Positions 27,528 to 32,032 of a DNA stretch of 32,032 bases are shown here, in pieces. Numbering within the stretch: the first letter of the stretch is position 1; the number at the start of each line of letters is the position of its first letter. The DNA is from a candidate division WOR-3 bacterium (lineage in GTDB: Bacteria; Hydrothermota; Tepidihabitantia; Tepidihabitantales; Tepidihabitantaceae). The position numbers and the translations under genes are program-made. Below the pieces are notes generated by a model. It ran no database searches. It was not told the origin of the DNA and saw nothing but the letters and a program-made list of their open reading frames with translations. The stretch spans positions 1 through 32,032 of the forward strand of contig JBDRUJ010000004.1 of NCBI GenBank assembly GCA_039801285.1. The letters are read 5' to 3'.

Positions 27528-28649
27528 TTATGTCCGGGGCTTCGTCGGCCGGCTGAAGCGGACCACTGCGATGTCCGAGTTCTTGCGCCGCACCGTTGCC
27601 GCCACAAACACATCGCCCCTGACCACCAGGTCAACACCGGTCCCTTCGGTTCCAATCTGAGAGTGTCTTTCCCAGACCGAGACCGCATCGGGCAGGAACT
27701 GAAAGGCGAGAACCGCACTCCGGCCCGGGCGCAATAGCCTGCCGGTCACAAAGTTATCTCCTTCAGGGGTGACAAAGATGCCGTGCCCCTCGGCCTGCGC
27801 CTCGGCGCCATAGGCAAGGCGGTTTGCCACCCCGCCGGTCGAGTCGTAACTCAGCACAACACAGCGGACCGAATCGCCAACCCGTGCCGTGCCGGTTGCC
27901 AGGATATAGCCCTGGACTCCGAAGGCGATGTCCCCGGGTTCATCAACGCCGCCCGAGTCGTAGCGCCTTGTCCAGAGGGTGTCGCCGTTCGGCCCGAGCC
28001 TCAGCACCACGATGTCCGGACAGCCGGCTCCAACCTCACCGAGAACCGCCAGACCGTTGTCCGGCCCGGCCGCAATCTTCACCGCATCCTCGGCCGGGCC
28101 TAAATCATAGGCCCTGGTCCAGATTGTCTTGCCCTCCGGGTCCAACAGGGCGACAAACATGTCGCTCCTCTCGCCATTGACTACTGCGCCGCATACCGCG
28201 ACATTGCCGTCGGGCCGGACACAGATACCGTTGCCCCAGCACCGCTCGCCAAGGACCAGCCCCCGCTTCCAGATGGCACTCACCCTGGGTCGGGTCTTCA
28301 CGATAAGACAGAGGGTTGTGTCATGGGGATTGCTCCGGCCGCAGATATAGAGGTCGCCATTGTCCGCAAGGGCCGCGTCCTGCGCTACATTCACCAGCCC
28401 CTCGGCAAAGCTCTGCCGGTTCGCCAGCTGACCGTTCTTGCCCAGAACCTGCACCAGCCAGACGCTCCGGCCGGTCGTGGGATTGCTCTGGGTCCCCACC
28501 ACAAACAGCTCGTCGCCTTGGAGGGCAAGGGCACAGGCCGCCTCATCAACGCCCGTGTCAATAAAGGTTGTCCATTTCACTGGCCGCTCACTGCAGCCCA
28601 TGAAGGCAACTGTTGCGACAATAATGATAATAGCGAAGAAACGGCTCAT
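27528..28649 (-). CDS. Beta-propeller lipoprotein
   Basis: Lipobox AFMGC; repeats D..G...WTR.YD and D...G..Y/F..G. Confidence 0.75.
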   Translation of the reverse strand: MSRFFAIIIIVATVAFMGCSERPVKWTTFIDTGVDEAACALALQGDELFVVGTQSNPTTGRSVWLVQVLGKNGQLANRQSFAEGLVNVAQDAALADNGDLYICGRSNPHDTTLCLIVKTRPRVSAIWKRGLVLGERCWGNGICVRPDGNVAVCGAVVNGERSDMFVALLDPEGKTIWTRAYDLGPAEDAVKIAAGPDNGLAVLGEVGAGCPDIVVLRLGPNGDTLWTRRYDSGGVDEPGDIAFGVQGYILATGTARVGDSVRCVVLSYDSTGGVANRLAYGAEAQAEGHGIFVTPEGDNFVTGRLLRPGRSAVLAFQFLPDAVSVWERHSQIGTEGTGVDLVVRGDVFVAATVRRKNSDIAVVRFSRPTKPRT

Positions 28650-28677
28650 AAAACTCCCTTCGGAATAACCACCTGCT

Positions 28678-28705
28678 ACTTTAGCCCGATGCCGGCCAAT
28701 GTCAA
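28678..28705 (-). promoter_or_regulatory. sigma70-like promoter
   Basis: TTGACA-16 nt-TAAAGT; GGAG RBS before 28649. Confidence 0.55.
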
Positions 28706-28754
28706 CTGTTATGACAGCTCTGACTGCCTCAGCGCCTACCTTCCGTGCGCACCG

Positions 28755-29204
28755 TTATCTTGTTAGGACTATCTTGCGGACGCTGCCTGCCGGGTCCCTC
28801 GCCCCTTGCGGGAGAGCACTGAGCCAGACAGCGCGGAGCACTGAGCCAGTTCTTCTTTTCTGCTCAACGCTCCATGCTCAATGCTGCTCAGGGTGGGGGT
28901 GACAAAATAAACGCCTGGGGCGAGGTGCCGATGGCAGAAGATGCACCCCCCGCACGAGACTGGCTTCAAGCTTTGGACGCAATGGCGCAGAGTCGGACCG
29001 CGGACCTTCCGCTAGGCCGACGTTGCCGTTGCTATTGCGCCGGTAGTAGAGCTCCCGGTTGTCGATTAACCCACGGAACAGCCAGGCATTATATCCGACG
29101 CGGGCCGTATTGCGGCTGGTCGTCACGCGACAGTGATACGTATGAATCGTCGAATCGTCGGACACGATGAGGTCCGGTTCCCAAGTCAGCTCTATTTTTA
29201 GCAA
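28755..29204 (-). pseudogene. Decayed 3' remnant of a secreted protein with T9SS-like tail
   Basis: Tail motifs lie in three successive segments separated by two frameshifts: YYRRN..GLAE...VRGVHLLP, then RHLAPGVYFV, then GSVRKIVLTR* (stop 28755-28757). There is no signal peptide or plausible 5' part. Confidence 0.75.
28817..28891. mobile_element. Putative 75-nt MITE-like insertion with inverted heptamer arms
   Basis: GAGCAC-type left arm (14-bp direct repeat gagcactgagccag twice), TTCTTCTTTTC centre and TGCTCAA-type right arm. Removing it restores a boxC-like palindrome, and AG is duplicated at the ends. Confidence 0.5.
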
Positions 29205-29216
29205 AGATGTCGATGG

Positions 29217-31507
29217 CTAATGCACAATTACAATCTTTATGACCGGCCGGCTCTCTTTCGCGTTTTTTATGACAAAAAACACACCCGGCCCAACTCTTTG
29301 GGGGTGGACTTTCCGTCCTTGAGCGTCAAACACGGTCGCCGTCAAATCGGGCATGCGCCGGCACACCCTTGGGTTTAAACATGCCCGGGAAGGTCGCACT
29401 GACTCCTCAGCGCCGACCGGCAGATTGTCCAGCACGGTAATTGATGAGCTGTTCCGGTTAGCCACGAACACTTCATGCCCTGCCTGCTCAAGGGCGCACG
29501 GATACTCGCCTACCGGCAGGGTGGCGATGACCGAGTCGGTCACGCCGTCAATCACCGATATTGTCTGGACACTGCCATTCACGCAGAAGACCAGGCTGCT
29601 GGGATATTCAGTCCACATGAGAACCTGGGGGCCGCCGCCAACGGTAATGTCGCGCAGTCGCTGATTGGTCTCACAGTCAATCACTGTGACCGTCGCCTGC
29701 ATCAGATTGGCAACATAGACCTTCCCCTCTTTTTCATTGCAGCAGATGGCCCAGGGAAACATGCCTACCGGCACGGTGGCAATCACACTGTCGGCACGGG
29801 TGTCAATCACCGTCACGTCGTTAGAGAGGTCGTTCACAACATAAACCTTGTCATACCCCGGGGCGGCAACAATATCCCGGGGCCGCAACCCCACGGTGAC
29901 CTGTGCCCGCACCGAATCGCCATTACCGTCAAGGACGCTTACCGTTCCCGGTGCATCACCTCGATTCACCACATAAACCTTGTCCGATTGGTCAAGTGCC
30001 ACCATCGGTTCGGGGTTATGTCCGACCCGGACGGTTTTGATAACTGAATCGCATTCCGGGTCAATGATGGCGACGCTATGCTCACCGGCGTTGGCGCAAT
30101 AGACTTTGTTGCGGGACCTGAGCCAACAGAGAAATACCGGGTCAGCGCCCACCGCAAATGTCTTCAGCAGGGAATCGCCCAAGGCATCAATCACCCCGAT
30201 GCGGCCCGCAGTCCGCAGATTAGTATAGAGTCTGTGTCCGGTTACTGGCAACAGTCGCCCAGGGCTGCCACCTACCCTGATGAGTCGCGTCTGGTCCGGT
30301 TCCCAGTCGGGAACGGCAGCAATCACATCGCTCTGTGGGCAGGCGCAGTAAAGCCGGCTAACGGCCTCAAGCCAGCGCAGATGAAACGGGGCAAGTCCGA
30401 CATAGGCTTCCCCGACGACCTCATTGGTGCCGCAGTCAATTAAGACCAGTCGGTTGTCAACCTCGCCCAGCGAGGCAACCTGATTGTGTCCGGCAATCAG
30501 AGTTAGGGCGAGCGGGTTTATTCCCACCGGCACCGTGGCCGTCACCTGATGGGTGCGGCAGTCAATCACGCTGACGGTGTTGGAGCTCCGGTGCAATAGA
30601 CTGAACTCACCGAAGGCGCCAGCACCAGCGTTAGCGGATTGGTGCCGACCGGGATGTTGGTCACAAGACGGTTCTGGACCCCGTCAATCACCGTGACCGA
30701 GCCTCCCTGCCAGTTGGCGACATAGATACAGCCGTTGTCCGGATTCCAGACCATCTGCTGGGGCGTATCCCCTGTCACAATCCGGGCTATCACCGAGTCG
30801 CTGCTGCCATCAATCACCAATACCTCGTCACTTCCCCGGCAGGCGCAGAAGACCTTGTTCAGCTCGGGCGCCGCCAAGAGAAAACAGGGATTGTCCGCTA
30901 CCGGAATGACCCGCAGCAGACCACCGGTGCTGTCGTCAATCACCCACACCGAGTCATGCGAGACGCTTGACACATAGACCTTGCGGCCGACGGGATTCAC
31001 CGCCACCGCATCCAGCCCCCGTATCAGCCGCAGATAGCCGTGCACAGCCATCGTGGCGGCGTCAATCACCGTCAAGCTGTCAGAAAACTGGCAGGTTACA
31101 TACAGCCGACCGGTTCGGGGACTGAAGGCAATCGCTGAGGGTGCCCAGGCGGTCTGCAGCCGACGAGCGATGCTGTCGGCAGCCGCATCCACCACCAGCA
31201 CCAGACTGGAATCAAAAACCGGAACATAAATTCGACCCCGAGCCGGGTCAAGTGCCATAGTGCGGACACCGGAGGGTATTGCCAACCTCTTTATTCCCGC
31301 CAGGTTGGCGGCGTTCAGCACCATCAGGCATTTCCCCAGATTGCCGGCGACAAAAAGCTTATCGTGAGTCGGTTCGTAAAGCACTGCCTGGGGGTTGACG
31401 ACCCCGGAAAGGCTGTCGGGAATCAATACCGTCCGGGTACGAATCTGTGCCTGAGCAGTTGCTCCGATGACGACAACCAGAGCAACGGCCAGCATCGATT
31501 TGCGCAT
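29217..31507 (-). pseudogene. YVTN/YncE-type double beta-propeller secreted protein with T9SS-like tail, split by one frameshift near 30590
   Basis: ORF 30566-31507 has the signal peptide and ORF 29217-30596 has the tail. The repeat VYC...SNTVSVID is continuous across the two frames. Either a pseudogene or a sequence error. Confidence 0.8.
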
Positions 31508-31516
31508 CGTTACTCC

Positions 31517-32032
31517 TTATCTTACTATGACCACCCGTTCAGCGGCCAATGCCCCACGGCCCGCAGGAAAAGCTGCCTGAATAAAATATACCCCGGGTGC
31601 AAGGTGCCGGACGTCGTTCGGGCCGGGCACAAGCTCCATCACCTTGCGGCCAGATGCGTCGAGCAGGCTTGACGCTCCACGTGCGACGCCCGATGCCGGC
31701 AGGAGCAAAACCCCGCGCACAATCGTGGCGTGAGGCGTTTGGCGTCCAGCGTCTGGCGTCCAGCGTTCCTCGCCGATTGCCGGTGCCGGATTCAACTTGC
31801 CCCAGATGCGCTGGGTGTTGTAGGTCTTGCCACCGACCGTGCCGGTCCAGCCCTCATAGACCAGAAAGAGATGGCTGCCTGTTCCGCGTGCCAGCGCCGG
31901 ATACAACTGACTTCCTTCCTGCCTGACAATGGGACCTTCGTCATAAACAGTGCCGTCAGGTCTCACCCGCGCACCGTAGATGTCGGATGTATCCGGGTTA
32001 TTGCGGTAGTCCTGCCAGACCACGAGGAAGTT
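31517..32032 (-). CDS. C-terminal part of a secreted repeat protein with T9SS-like tail (runs off the window)
   Basis: Frame is open to the window edge; VWQDYR...DIYGARV repeat; tail LDASGRKV..L.PGPNDVRHLAPGVYFI...RVVIVR. Confidence 0.85.
   Translation of the reverse strand, partial: NFLVVWQDYRNNPDTSDIYGARVRPDGTVYDEGPIVRQEGSQLYPALARGTGSHLFLVYEGWTGTVGGKTYNTQRIWGKLNPAPAIGEERWTPDAGRQTPHATIVRGVLLLPASGVARGASSLLDASGRKVMELVPGPNDVRHLAPGVYFIQAAFPAGRGALAAERVVIVR
31727..31768 (-). repeat. Heptamer array in the linker before the C-terminal domain
   Basis: Plus strand ggcgtga ggcgttt ggcgtcc agcgtct ggcgtcc agcgttc; 42 nt encoding ERWTPDAGRQTPHA. Confidence 0.8.

Noticed and set aside
30585-30600. Programmed ribosomal frameshift in the YVTN gene
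   Set aside because: There is no slippery heptamer, and the junction is one residue short of the repeat consensus, which fits a deletion better.

Overview
Bacterial chromosomal window of roughly 60% GC (estimated by eye). The style of the C-terminal sorting tails suggests WOR-3 or an FCB-related lineage; this is inference. Housekeeping genes: trxA, recA-recX, glmM-glmS-nfi, a long minus-strand run rpmH-rnpA-yidD-yidC-jag-mnmE-usp-PTS IIA-argS, and V-ATPase D-VanZ-hisS. Seven loci carry T9SS-type/FlgD-Ig-like C-terminal domains; one is frameshifted and one is a decayed remnant. Two real genes are below the ORF-track cutoff: rpmH and a 53-aa, 8-Cys desulforedoxin-like microprotein behind an outer-membrane barrel gene. 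The most unusual signal is a set of 7-nt tandem arrays and REP-like palindromes lying inside coding sequences without breaking the frame, including glmM, argS, mnmE and yidD. One 75-nt inverted-arm heptamer element is nested inside a boxC-like palindrome with an apparent 2-bp target duplication. Also notable are a structured 565-bp intergenic region after recX and sigma70-like promoters with mostly 16-nt spacers, several predicting leaderless mRNAs. No rRNA, tRNA, CRISPR array or transposase was recognised.
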